IMG/VR virus record: IMGVR_UViG_3300043411_000704
Span: 1 to 64,000 of that record
Length of the DNA: 64,000 bases
Source of the DNA: a virus
Strand: one strand, 5' to 3'
Part shown: positions 28,350 to 37,218 of the stretch, piece by piece
How positions within the stretch are numbered: position 1 is the first letter of the stretch
Layout of the letters: each line of letters opens with the position of its first letter
Position numbers and translations under genes: made by a program
The notes under the pieces: generated by a model
The model's input: the letters and a program-made list of their open reading frames with translations, nothing else
Database searches by the model: none
Told to the model about the DNA's origin: nothing

Positions 28350-29884
28350 AATTTTTGTTTTATACTTTTATATTCAATCTTTTCCTTAACATATAGTTCG
28401 AGACGTTCTTTCAAATGTGCTTTTGCATAGGTAGTATCGTCCGCAATATCAAATACGGTTGCCAAATTCTTAGACTCGTGTAATCGCATAGAACGCCCAA
28501 TAGATTGCATAATTTTAATCCCACTCTTTCCAACCCCTGGGAGGACCAACCAATGAAGATTATTGATTGAAATACCGGTTGAAAAACATTTTGACATTGC
28601 AATACAAATAATTCCAGTCTGGTTTTCCATCTGGTCAATAATCTTTGCACGTTCTTCGCTCTTAACATCACTCCAAATAAAATAAACTATACGATCTGTC
28701 GTTTCAAGAATTTTTTTTAAAATCTCTCCTTGTTCTATATTATCTATCAGAATCATACCATTACCGGTCATTTTAGTGCAAATTTTTCTTATCAACCCGT
28801 TTCTTTTTTCACACCGATACAAGAATTTTCGTTCTTCATTATACTTTGCACTTGGCCTTTTATCTAAAACTTGTGAGATCGTCCCATCCTCATTCTGAAC
28901 CTCTATAAAGGGCTCTGGAACCTCATCTGTATGTTGACAGTAGATAACTTTAATCGCCACCTCTGTCACCGTTCCTTGCTGCCGCCCTTCATATGATGAC
29001 TTCATATACAAAACGGGTCCTATCTTACCCAGAATATTCCAACAGGCTTCTTTATTTTTTACAGGTAAAGTTGCGGTCAAGCCAAATTTATGTGGTGTAG
29101 GAATATTATGTAATATTTTACTGATCTGGTGCTGGTCCTTTGTTACAAATCTTTTTTTACCATCAGAATCTTCAACCAACACTCTTCTCTTCTTTTCCTT
29201 TTCTCCAACCAAATGACATTCATCAATTATCACATAGTCGTATTCTTTTAATACAGAAACCGTATAATTTATATCCTGCCACATTATATTATGACCAACT
29301 ACTAATACTGGTTTTGTGAATTCTGGTATATGACCGTCTCCCCACCGTTCAATTATTGGTAAATCAAACTTCTGATTAAAATCATTATATAATTGGTTTA
29401 GCAACCCTGTGGTTGGGACCATTACCACTATCTTAGCATCTGGTTTGACCGCTAATAAAGATCTGGTCATACCCGCAACACAAAGGGACTTACCACCACC
29501 GGTAAAGATTAGGCATATACCACGACCATTTTTAAAAAAATGTTGTATTGCTTCTATCTGATAATCATAATAGTTATATCCGTTAATGGATAGAATTGGA
29601 ACATTTTTTAGCGACGGTCTATATACTTTTTTAAACTGGTCAGAAAATGTGATATCAAATTGTTTGTTTAGTGTCAGTATAAACGAATTTATTTCGTGCC
29701 ATAACCCAACTTCAAATGCACCTGCTGGTGTAATCACATATTTTCTGATATTGAAATTACGTGTTTTATAATTTGGTGTTGGAACCGAAAAATGTTCGCG
29801 AATCAACCGAAAAGTCTGTGGATTACTACATTTGAGAATCCCACTTTTATTCAAATAATCTATTTCTATTTTTTCTCGGACCAC
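28346..29884 (-). CDS. uvsW: UvsW-like SF2 helicase
   Basis: YDYQ, TGGGKS, DECH, GLTAT, FSTGISI, QSIGRSMR, DIADD. Confidence 0.93.
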   Translation of the reverse strand: MVREKIEIDYLNKSGILKCSNPQTFRLIREHFSVPTPNYKTRNFNIRKYVITPAGAFEVGLWHEINSFILTLNKQFDITFSDQFKKVYRPSLKNVPILSINGYNYYDYQIEAIQHFFKNGRGICLIFTGGGKSLCVAGMTRSLLAVKPDAKIVVMVPTTGLLNQLYNDFNQKFDLPIIERWGDGHIPEFTKPVLVVGHNIMWQDINYTVSVLKEYDYVIIDECHLVGEKEKKRRVLVEDSDGKKRFVTKDQHQISKILHNIPTPHKFGLTATLPVKNKEACWNILGKIGPVLYMKSSYEGRQQGTVTEVAIKVIYCQHTDEVPEPFIEVQNEDGTISQVLDKRPSAKYNEERKFLYRCEKRNGLIRKICTKMTGNGMILIDNIEQGEILKKILETTDRIVYFIWSDVKSEERAKIIDQMENQTGIICIAMSKCFSTGISINNLHWLVLPGVGKSGIKIMQSIGRSMRLHESKNLATVFDIADDTTYAKAHLKERLELYVKEKIEYKSIKQKL

Positions 29885-30303
29885 TAATTTTTCATATTCA
29901 ATAACTCAGGATTTTCATTGATATTTCCTATAATTTCCACACCATATTCATCAACTGCATATCTTTCGTCTAATGCCAAGTCTGATATAGCTTCATTTGA
30001 CGATAAATACCAACCATAATGAGAATCCCGGCGCTCAAATCCCGTGAAGTATTGACCCATACAAACTGGTAGTTTTTGACCATCACAATATTCTACAATA
30101 TCACCCTCATAAATTTCTTGCCCATTTACGTCTTTTAATCCAGTAAATTGTTCGACCACATATTCATTCCCACCACTTCCATTCTGTAGATTATGAAATT
30201 TACCATCTAAGTCTAAAACATAATGATGTTTTGACAACGGTGTAATTTTGAGATAACGTTTTTCAAGTTTATCCCATACTCTAAATTTTAATTCTCTATT
30301 CAT
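29884..30303 (-). CDS. YopX-family protein
   Basis: RELKFRVWD, QFTGLKD.NG.EIYEGDIV, EIIGNINENPELL. Confidence 0.92.
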   Translation of the reverse strand: MNRELKFRVWDKLEKRYLKITPLSKHHYVLDLDGKFHNLQNGSGGNEYVVEQFTGLKDVNGQEIYEGDIVEYCDGQKLPVCMGQYFTGFERRDSHYGWYLSSNEAISDLALDERYAVDEYGVEIIGNINENPELLNMKN

Positions 30304-30695
30304 AGTGTTTCTAATTTTATCATCTCAACCAAATTTTTCATAATATATCCCATGTCTATTAGATTCTTATTATTTGATTCTAAATATGAGATCAAAGTAG
30401 TATAATCATGTAGTTCTTTCTCCAATTTCTTATAATTTGGATCGTTCTCAACTTTCTTAGTGATCTTAACCTTTGATAATTCGACTGGTGAACTACCTAT
30501 GTGTTGTTCAACAATCTCATTCTTTGCTTTTTCCAGTGCATGATAATTTTTCTCACACTGTCGTAACCTCATCAACCATTTATTTCTAATGTTTGGTAAC
30601 GAATACATTTTATCCGTCAAATTAGTTATATCTACATGTGTATCAACATCTAATTCTTTAGAATATTTCTCAAAAAGTTCGTCTGCGGTTTCCAT
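30300..30695 (-). CDS. uvsY: UvsY-like recombination mediator
   Basis: 131-aa helical protein, KW...GYIMKNLVEMIK C-terminus, next to uvsW. Confidence 0.7.
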   Translation of the reverse strand: METADELFEKYSKELDVDTHVDITNLTDKMYSLPNIRNKWLMRLRQCEKNYHALEKAKNEIVEQHIGSSPVELSKVKITKKVENDPNYKKLEKELHDYTTLISYLESNNKNLIDMGYIMKNLVEMIKLETL

Positions 30696-30743
30696 CAGAT
30701 TATTTTAAACTTTATGATCGTCTATTGCAAGTAAATAATGTAA

Positions 30744-30914
30744 GTGACTGAAAAATTCGATAAATTGATTGCCGACCTAATGAAAGAAAACATGATGGCG
30801 GTTAATGTTCTTGGGCAAGCGAGTTCAGAACCATATGATATATCTGATGTTAGAACGCCAAAGGTAATGGGAATGCGCCGACGTTTGAAAATTAGAAAGA
30901 AAAAATCTAAGTAG
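30744..30914 (+). CDS. Small late protein MTEKFDKLIADLMKEN... (56 aa, not in ORF track)
   Basis: GTG start 6 nt after TAAATA (30732-30737); basic C-terminus RRRLKIRKKKSK. Confidence 0.7.
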   Translation: MTEKFDKLIADLMKENMMAVNVLGQASSEPYDISDVRTPKVMGMRRRLKIRKKKSK

Positions 30915-30956
30915 AAATGGAATTGCAATACGACTAGACATGTAGTATAGTTTTGT

Positions 30957-31421
30957 GTGAACTACACATTTATATCATTCGATGATCTTCTAAAATCATG
31001 TGAGACAAAGATCATTAATTTCTTATACGATTACCAATTATTAGAAAAATATTCTCCAGATGTGAAAAAAGTTCTTTTATATTTTCTGATAAAAGAATTT
31101 AATGAGAAATTACATGATAGAAAATTACTAATTTATCATACACATACTATTTCTGGTGATCATGAATTATTAGAAATTTATCCAAAAGAAGAATTGGATA
31201 AATTTTTCAATAAACTCTGTTTGAAAATCAAGAAAATCACTAAAAGATTGTTTTTTATATCAAAAGACACTAAATTACCAGTAAAAGGTGAGATTCATCT
31301 ATTGGATGGTTCTATAATTGATGAGATCGTGTTGTTAAACAATGAACAACCAGATTTAAAACAACTTAAAACATTTTTGTCCAAACATAAATTAGGTGAA
31401 ATGTTCACTTCAATTCATTAG
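30957..31421 (+). CDS. Hypothetical protein
   Basis: 154-aa ORF. Confidence 0.65.
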   Translation: MNYTFISFDDLLKSCETKIINFLYDYQLLEKYSPDVKKVLLYFLIKEFNEKLHDRKLLIYHTHTISGDHELLEIYPKEELDKFFNKLCLKIKKITKRLFFISKDTKLPVKGEIHLLDGSIIDEIVLLNNEQPDLKQLKTFLSKHKLGEMFTSIH

Positions 31422-31423
31422 AT

Positions 31424-32011
31424 TCATTTATGAATATCAAATAATTCTAGTAATTTACTATAATCCTTGGTCAGACTTTTCTTTGTTAAATGATTGGCTG
31501 GTAAAATGTTTAATATATCTGGATGGGTATAATTTACGGGAAAATCTTTATAGTCTCGTTTTTTCCATACTTGTAGAAAAGTCATGACATATGCATTGCT
31601 AGCTTTAACATATTTTTCAATATCTATGTTCAGCTTATGTTTTTTGACCAATTTAACAACTCTACGATCAGCATCTAATTCTAGTGCCTGAATATTAATC
31701 AGATGATATTTTGGACAAGTTTTATATTTTTTAGCTAACCAATCATAGAAATAATTCAATGATTGTATACCTTTTTGCCACAGTTTAGTGTTGGTTTTCC
31801 ATTGTAAAAAATGACAATATTCGTGTAAAAATATCTCAAAATCCAATTCAGTATCAAAATAATTAATCATGAATGTAGGTTTAGTAGGTTTTTCTACTGA
31901 AAAATAATTTGCAGAATGTTTGCTATTATTTTTTCGTTTATTGAATAAAATAGTGACTTCGTGCTGGACCATATCTTTGATCGCCTGTCCTATGAAGTGT
32001 TCTTCCGTCAC
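31424..32011 (-). CDS. Putative HEXXH metallopeptidase-like protein
   Basis: FLHEYCHF plus downstream ELDAD; TAAATA 6 nt upstream. Confidence 0.6.
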   Translation of the reverse strand: MTEEHFIGQAIKDMVQHEVTILFNKRKNNSKHSANYFSVEKPTKPTFMINYFDTELDFEIFLHEYCHFLQWKTNTKLWQKGIQSLNYFYDWLAKKYKTCPKYHLINIQALELDADRRVVKLVKKHKLNIDIEKYVKASNAYVMTFLQVWKKRDYKDFPVNYTHPDILNILPANHLTKKSLTKDYSKLLELFDIHK

Positions 32012-32029
32012 GACACATATTTATCAAAT

Positions 32030-32058
32030 AAAAATGCCGGTGGATTAATCCACCGGCA
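32030..32058 (-). terminator. Rho-independent terminator after hsp20
   Basis: Perfect 24-bp palindrome tgccggtggatt|aatccaccggca plus T-tract on the minus strand. Confidence 0.85.
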
Positions 32059-32076
32059 CTACCTTATGTATAAAGG

Positions 32077-32529
32077 CTATTGAACTTCAATCTTTTTGAT
32101 CACTGGTTCAACCTTTTGTGTCTTGGGAATCGTAATTTTCAACATCCCATCCTCAAATTTAGAACTCAGACCATTTTCTTCACCTTTATCAATAATATCC
32201 CATTTCCATTTACGGGATTTATGTGAAATACTTTGCTTGAAATACTTCACATCGTCCCGTTTAGTTGTGCCATTGACTTCGACATTAAGATAACCGTCTT
32301 GAACAGTTACTACAATATCCTCTTTCTTATGACCTGCAAGGGGGATATCAATATAAAATTCTTTATCTGTTTCAGATAAAGAATAATCCATTGGATAATC
32401 CACCTTTACGTTCAAGAATCTATCCAGATAGGAATCTGAAAAGAAACTATCAAATACTTTATCTAATTCCCCAAAAACCCCAAAACCGGATGTCTTCGGC
32501 CAATATGTTGTGTTTATTAGTTTACTCAT
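32077..32529 (-). CDS. Small heat-shock protein Hsp20
   Basis: LAGHKKEDI.V, FEDGMLKITIPK, KKIEV. Confidence 0.92.
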   Translation of the reverse strand: MSKLINTTYWPKTSGFGVFGELDKVFDSFFSDSYLDRFLNVKVDYPMDYSLSETDKEFYIDIPLAGHKKEDIVVTVQDGYLNVEVNGTTKRDDVKYFKQSISHKSRKWKWDIIDKGEENGLSSKFEDGMLKITIPKTQKVEPVIKKIEVQ

Positions 32530-32596
32530 TTTGTGTGTCTGTTTATATCAAGTTCTGGCCATTTCTGCACCAGAACTTAAATCGTTTTATATTTAT

Positions 32597-32818
32597 TCAA
32601 AATCCGTCACATGCATCAGTCCAAAATATATCCTTCAACAAATCTTCTAAAACCATGAAATTTATAACCTGATCATTTGCAAACACCGGCCATCTAGTTT
32701 CTTTATATGCAACATCAGTATTTATAAAATATTTTTCTTTCAACAATTTGGTGATGTCTGCCAGTGCAGCTTTCGCTTCGTGGTGTGCAAATTCTTGTGA
32801 TGGTCCCATGCAAGCCAT
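32597..32818 (-). CDS. Hypothetical protein
   Basis: 73-aa ORF. Confidence 0.6.
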   Translation of the reverse strand: MACMGPSQEFAHHEAKAALADITKLLKEKYFINTDVAYKETRWPVFANDQVINFMVLEDLLKDIFWTDACDGF

Positions 32819-32819
32819 A

Positions 32820-33623
32820 TCAAATTTTTCCTAAATATTTTTTAATCAGTTTTTTATTGTTTGTTGTAAAATCCGGTGTCATATCAACATAATTTATCTT
32901 TTTATTATTTTTATGTAATAAAATGAAAGGACTATGACTGACCATGATCACCTGGAAGTATTTGGCAAGTTCGTCCAGAGTATCAAACAATTCAAGTTGT
33001 TTTTCAAGTGAAAGTGCTTTTTCTGGTTCATCCAATAGGACAGTCATAGGTCCAGTTCGTGGTAAACTATTGATATAATTAACTTCAAATTGGGCGATTG
33101 CTCGTTCTTCGGGCGATATAATATTTTCAGGCACGTTGGTCAAACTTGGGGGGTTTTGTAACATTTGCATGATCTTATTAATCTTAGTTATCCTATACTG
33201 TCCTGAACTAGGTTTGGACGCCATTACATCCATTTGTTCGGCTTCTGTAGAAATACCGTCTGATGATTGATCAGGGTTTATAAACCATGTCATATCATTC
33301 TTCCCCATTTGGTCTGAATCGTTGTAAAAAGTTGGTGTGCCGTCCCATTCAATGACCGCATGAGATTTACCCGGTGCATATACATGATAGCAAAACGGAT
33401 AGTGTGACTGATATTGGGACCCAATTTTTGACGGTTCAGAAATTCGGGAAAATCCACCTTTATCAATACCACAATATGCGGCCAGTGTTTTTAATAAAGA
33501 TGTTTTGTTTGTTCCATTCCCACCAACAATCACATTCAATCCTGGTTTGAACTCAAATATTCGATCTTTAATGTTGGGATTATTCATCATAAATCCCGAT
33601 TTAATCATTGCTCGTTTAATCAT
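32820..33623 (-). CDS. ABC/AAA-type ATPase
   Basis: GGNGTNKTS, SSGQ, LLDEPE, VSHS. Confidence 0.85.
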   Translation of the reverse strand: MIKRAMIKSGFMMNNPNIKDRIFEFKPGLNVIVGGNGTNKTSLLKTLAAYCGIDKGGFSRISEPSKIGSQYQSHYPFCYHVYAPGKSHAVIEWDGTPTFYNDSDQMGKNDMTWFINPDQSSDGISTEAEQMDVMASKPSSGQYRITKINKIMQMLQNPPSLTNVPENIISPEERAIAQFEVNYINSLPRTGPMTVLLDEPEKALSLEKQLELFDTLDELAKYFQVIMVSHSPFILLHKNNKKINYVDMTPDFTTNNKKLIKKYLGKI

Positions 33624-35058
33624 TTTTAGGTAGATCCTTACCAATTTTTCGCCAGTCAACGAATGCATTTTTATATAAATCGGACAATTTTACTTCTTTT
33701 TCGTCAAATTGGAAGTTGGTAATACTAAAATTTGGACGATTGTTCTTAATCGGGGTAGGATTATATAGTTTCAACAGACTTTGTGGATTCGCTATGAATT
33801 GAGATTTAATCGTTTCTGCTAATTCTTTATTATCTACAGTTCCTACAATTATAGTATCTGCTTTGCCAAAAAGCCTAGCACTAATAGTCCATTTACCATT
33901 CACTTCTTCAAGTTTAATATCAAACTTATATGCAAATGTTGGATCGACTTCAAGTAACTTTTTATAGTTACTTTTAAATGTCGATCTCAGTCTACCAATG
34001 TCTAAATAACGACTAAAATCAACTACATCAACTTCAGGTGTCGGACATTCGTCTAATATTTTGGTATTGGCATCAATGATATATGCACACTCCAATTCAA
34101 ATTCCCAATCAGCATGATCTCTATTAATTGCCAAAATCTTATCTGATCCTGGACAAGTTAGATATAACATTTTAGATTCGTCCATGATATTTTCTGCTAT
34201 AATAGTGGTCGTCAAATGTGACAACTTTCCGAACCGTGATCCAATAAAACTATATAATTGATCTACTGTTGTGAATTCCATGTCCGAACCTACGTGATAG
34301 GTTCCTGATAGATTTAACAAGTCAATCTCATATGCTGCATTGAATCGCAGATCTGTTAGATTTTTAAATATTTCCTTCAGTTGTTTGAAATCCAGAGCGA
34401 TAACATCTTTCTTGTTATCTGTTGGTTGAATAACGTAAAAACCCTGTTTCACATCGTAAAATTGTATAAACGGAACTACATATTTCTTCAAATATTCTTC
34501 TTTTTCCTGTGCAATCTTTTTAGTATTTTCCGCATCAAGTTCAGCCTTCTTTATAAGAAAGTGTTTTTCTTGCTCATATGCTTCTTGTTCTCTACGAGAA
34601 TATTCAGATAATGCATTTCCACATGCTTTGATTGAATCAGATAAAACCAACTTTTCAACCAAAAATTCACTCTGTGGTATAACTTTAATATTAATTGGTA
34701 TTACTGGATTAATTTTGTCATAACCTGATTTTTTTGATGGCATAATTCCACCTAATTGTAATGAAGATTGATTTCCTAGTCTAGTTCTAAAGTAATCATT
34801 TGTCGATTCAACTACTTCACTGATTTCTTTGTTAATTTCTTGGACTACTGTATTTCTAGTATCCAGCCAAGCACTATATTCAGTTTTTAATTCTTCACTC
34901 AATTTTGTTGGTTTATTGATGAATTCATGTAAAAATTCCTTATATGTTCGTTCTCTGACATCAACATATTCTACTGTCGGGGTCTTTGATGATGATTCAA
35001 AATGTGCTAATAATTTCGTAACACCATTACTATCGGTTAATTCTATTGTTTTTTCCAT
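33616..35058 (-). CDS. Hypothetical protein
   Basis: 480-aa ORF. Confidence 0.75.
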   Translation of the reverse strand: MEKTIELTDSNGVTKLLAHFESSSKTPTVEYVDVRERTYKEFLHEFINKPTKLSEELKTEYSAWLDTRNTVVQEINKEISEVVESTNDYFRTRLGNQSSLQLGGIMPSKKSGYDKINPVIPINIKVIPQSEFLVEKLVLSDSIKACGNALSEYSRREQEAYEQEKHFLIKKAELDAENTKKIAQEKEEYLKKYVVPFIQFYDVKQGFYVIQPTDNKKDVIALDFKQLKEIFKNLTDLRFNAAYEIDLLNLSGTYHVGSDMEFTTVDQLYSFIGSRFGKLSHLTTTIIAENIMDESKMLYLTCPGSDKILAINRDHADWEFELECAYIIDANTKILDECPTPEVDVVDFSRYLDIGRLRSTFKSNYKKLLEVDPTFAYKFDIKLEEVNGKWTISARLFGKADTIIVGTVDNKELAETIKSQFIANPQSLLKLYNPTPIKNNRPNFSITNFQFDEKEVKLSDLYKNAFVDWRKIGKDLPKND

Positions 35059-35084
35059 AAATTTTTATTTAGATGAATTATATT

Positions 35085-35690
35085 TTACATTAATTCTTTT
35101 GCTTGCTCAAACTCAGATTCATCAACTCCTTCCATACTGAAGTTTAATTTACTCATTACATCATCCATTTCAAAAATACCGGTTGATACAGGTCGGTCAA
35201 TTCGTGCCTGCCAATTATGCCATTGAAAATAACTAATTCGGTTATCAAATTCTGTCATGTCACCAACAGGTCGCTCTTTAATAAACGTAAAATTAGATTC
35301 AACTATTTTTACATATTCAGCCGCATTATCTTGATCCATATTAATCACAACCAAAAAATGTTGGTCGTCGTGACCAACATCAAATGTTCTAAAATTTAAT
35401 TGTGGTTTAGTATCTGGCACTTTTAACTGCGGAACTTCTTGATCCGCAATTTTATAACTTTGTCCAAACCCCGGTTCTGAGATTTCAGCATTGACCTGTG
35501 ATACTGAGTTCTTATATTCTTCCAGACCTTTAGATATATATTCTGCCGCATTTAATGCCATTTCGGTATCACCTTTTACTGGACTGTTCAACACTACGGT
35601 ATGTTTCCATAGTTCCATATCTGGGACATCAGACAATCCGATCTCCATTTTCAATTTCTGTTTAATAGTTTCTTCGTCAAACTTGATCAT
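35085..35690 (-). CDS. Hypothetical protein
   Basis: 201-aa ORF. Confidence 0.75.
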   Translation of the reverse strand: MIKFDEETIKQKLKMEIGLSDVPDMELWKHTVVLNSPVKGDTEMALNAAEYISKGLEEYKNSVSQVNAEISEPGFGQSYKIADQEVPQLKVPDTKPQLNFRTFDVGHDDQHFLVVINMDQDNAAEYVKIVESNFTFIKERPVGDMTEFDNRISYFQWHNWQARIDRPVSTGIFEMDDVMSKLNFSMEGVDESEFEQAKELM

Positions 35691-35707
35691 GTTCTATATT
35701 AAACCAT

Positions 35708-35744
35708 AAAAAAACCGATTTCAACTAATTAGTTGAAATCGGTT
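35708..35744 (-). terminator. Rho-independent terminator
   Basis: Perfect 32-bp palindrome 35713-35744 followed by T-tract on the minus strand. Confidence 0.85.
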
Positions 35745-35749
35745 CAAGT

Positions 35750-35990
35750 TTCCTATTCAAAGAGTTATGTAGACAAAATCTAAAACAAAATCAAAGACGC
35801 CATTTTTCTCAAAGACCTAATCAAAATCAAAGACTGGTAATCAATAAATTCCGAAAAATGGCCGATAGTTGTTAGTGGATTACCACCATTTTATTTCATT
35901 CCAAGAAAGCGCTCTATCCAGAGCAAGGTTTTGTATTTTTATGTTCTTTGAATAGGAATAAAGAAAAACTGGTTAGCCAAATTAACCAAC
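35750..35990 (-). ncRNA. Putative structured RNA downstream of the 318-aa gene
   Basis: 14-bp closing stem 35750-63/35945-58, 10-bp stem 35799-808/35853-62, small hairpins, GTCTTTGA x3 at 18-nt spacing. Confidence 0.65.
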
Positions 35991-36008
35991 CGAATTTTTC
36001 ACCTTAAA

Positions 36009-36965
36009 TTATTTACCTAGATTATCAATTTCCTGATAAATGTCTGCCAGTGCATTAGGAATCACAATTTTATATGCCGAGACTTCTCTAATCTTCTCCA
36101 GACGACGAGTTTGAAGAACTGAATTCAGGGATTCTAATTCATTCTGATATTTCTGGAATCGCATATTATATTCTCGCGAAATAGTATCAAACTCATTACT
36201 AGCTTTAACGGATGCTAGGGTAAATTCCCTTTGTAGTTCTGCATTCTTTTCAGTTACCCGATTCTGAATACGTGCCTTATATGAATTCAACTTAGATTCA
36301 TATTCCCGATGTTTGGCTTGAAGATCAAAATATTCCTTATTAATTCGATCTTGGTCGAAATTAGACTTTGCAAACATCGGAATCTCTGTTTGCTGTCCAT
36401 TTTGAAGAATCTTATGGAATCCCACGACTGGCCCACCAGCAAGATCATTCTTGATGTTAGACATCACACCACCCGTATGGATATACTTCCCTATATGGGA
36501 AGCCTGTGCCTCTAGCGCATAATATTCGGCTCTTTCTGCAATGGAAAGTTCACCAACCGCATCGGTTTCAGTCCATGCCTTGACACCAAGAGGTTTATTA
36601 AACACTGGTGCGGTCTCTGTGAATTCTGGAATCTTTTCCTCATCAGTAAGAAATTCAGATGCATCGCATGTTCGATAAAACTCTAGTAATGTTGTCTTTG
36701 CCTTAATTGCTTCTTTAAGCCATGCAGACAGTGCAAAATATCGTCCTTCCTTTGTCCAATCATCAACCTCAACTTGAGTCGAGGTCGTAACCCAATGGGG
36801 CTTGCCATCAAGGACCACATTATAGTTAAATGCTCTTGCACCAGAAAGGCGTTTACTAATGATCGTGTTTTGTTCCTTCAACAAATTACTAATATGATTA
36901 GCATGTGAAGATGAAATTCCTTCTTTTGCGAAGAAAACTAGATTGTGTTTTTGGTTTGTTTTCAT
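36009..36965 (-). CDS. Coiled-coil hypothetical protein (VFF..G.SS..ANHI.NL.KE type)
   Basis: 318-aa helical ORF with its own promoter and downstream structured RNA. Confidence 0.85.
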   Translation of the reverse strand: MKTNQKHNLVFFAKEGISSSHANHISNLLKEQNTIISKRLSGARAFNYNVVLDGKPHWVTTSTQVEVDDWTKEGRYFALSAWLKEAIKAKTTLLEFYRTCDASEFLTDEEKIPEFTETAPVFNKPLGVKAWTETDAVGELSIAERAEYYALEAQASHIGKYIHTGGVMSNIKNDLAGGPVVGFHKILQNGQQTEIPMFAKSNFDQDRINKEYFDLQAKHREYESKLNSYKARIQNRVTEKNAELQREFTLASVKASNEFDTISREYNMRFQKYQNELESLNSVLQTRRLEKIREVSAYKIVIPNALADIYQEIDNLGK

Positions 36966-36974
36966 AAGTTATTG

Positions 36975-37003
36975 ATTATAGTCTATGTGTTTTAGTGTGT
37001 CAA
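36975..37003 (-). promoter_or_regulatory. Consensus sigma70 promoter TTGACA-17-TATAAT
   Basis: ttgaca cactaaaacacatagac tataat, 9 nt before ATG 36965. Confidence 0.85.
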
Positions 37004-37010
37004 GTTAAAT

Positions 37011-37217
37011 TTAGATGAATATTGATCCTTCTTGTCCTGGTTCATTACTATTGGTGCAATTCAACGTGTGGTCCGATGCTTTTGGGCATCTTTTATTTCC
37101 GCATAAAGGACATATAACCATCCACCAAACATACTGGTCCCGTTCACCCACATTAGGATAATTTAATGCATTACACCTGTGGCAATCACACCAATGATAT
37201 TTTTGTTCGGTCTTCAT
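37011..37217 (-). CDS. Small Cys-rich phage protein (CPLCGNKRCPKA..H...C..SNEPGQ.GS)
   Basis: Zn-binding motif pattern. Confidence 0.75.
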   Translation of the reverse strand: MKTEQKYHWCDCHRCNALNYPNVGERDQYVWWMVICPLCGNKRCPKASDHTLNCTNSNEPGQEGSIFI

Positions 37218-37218
37218 T

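Noticed and set aside
35757-35840. Small VFDFD-repeat peptide from the hexamer array
   Set aside because: The frame contains TAG internally and TGA just upstream with no start codon; an RNA-level explanation fits better
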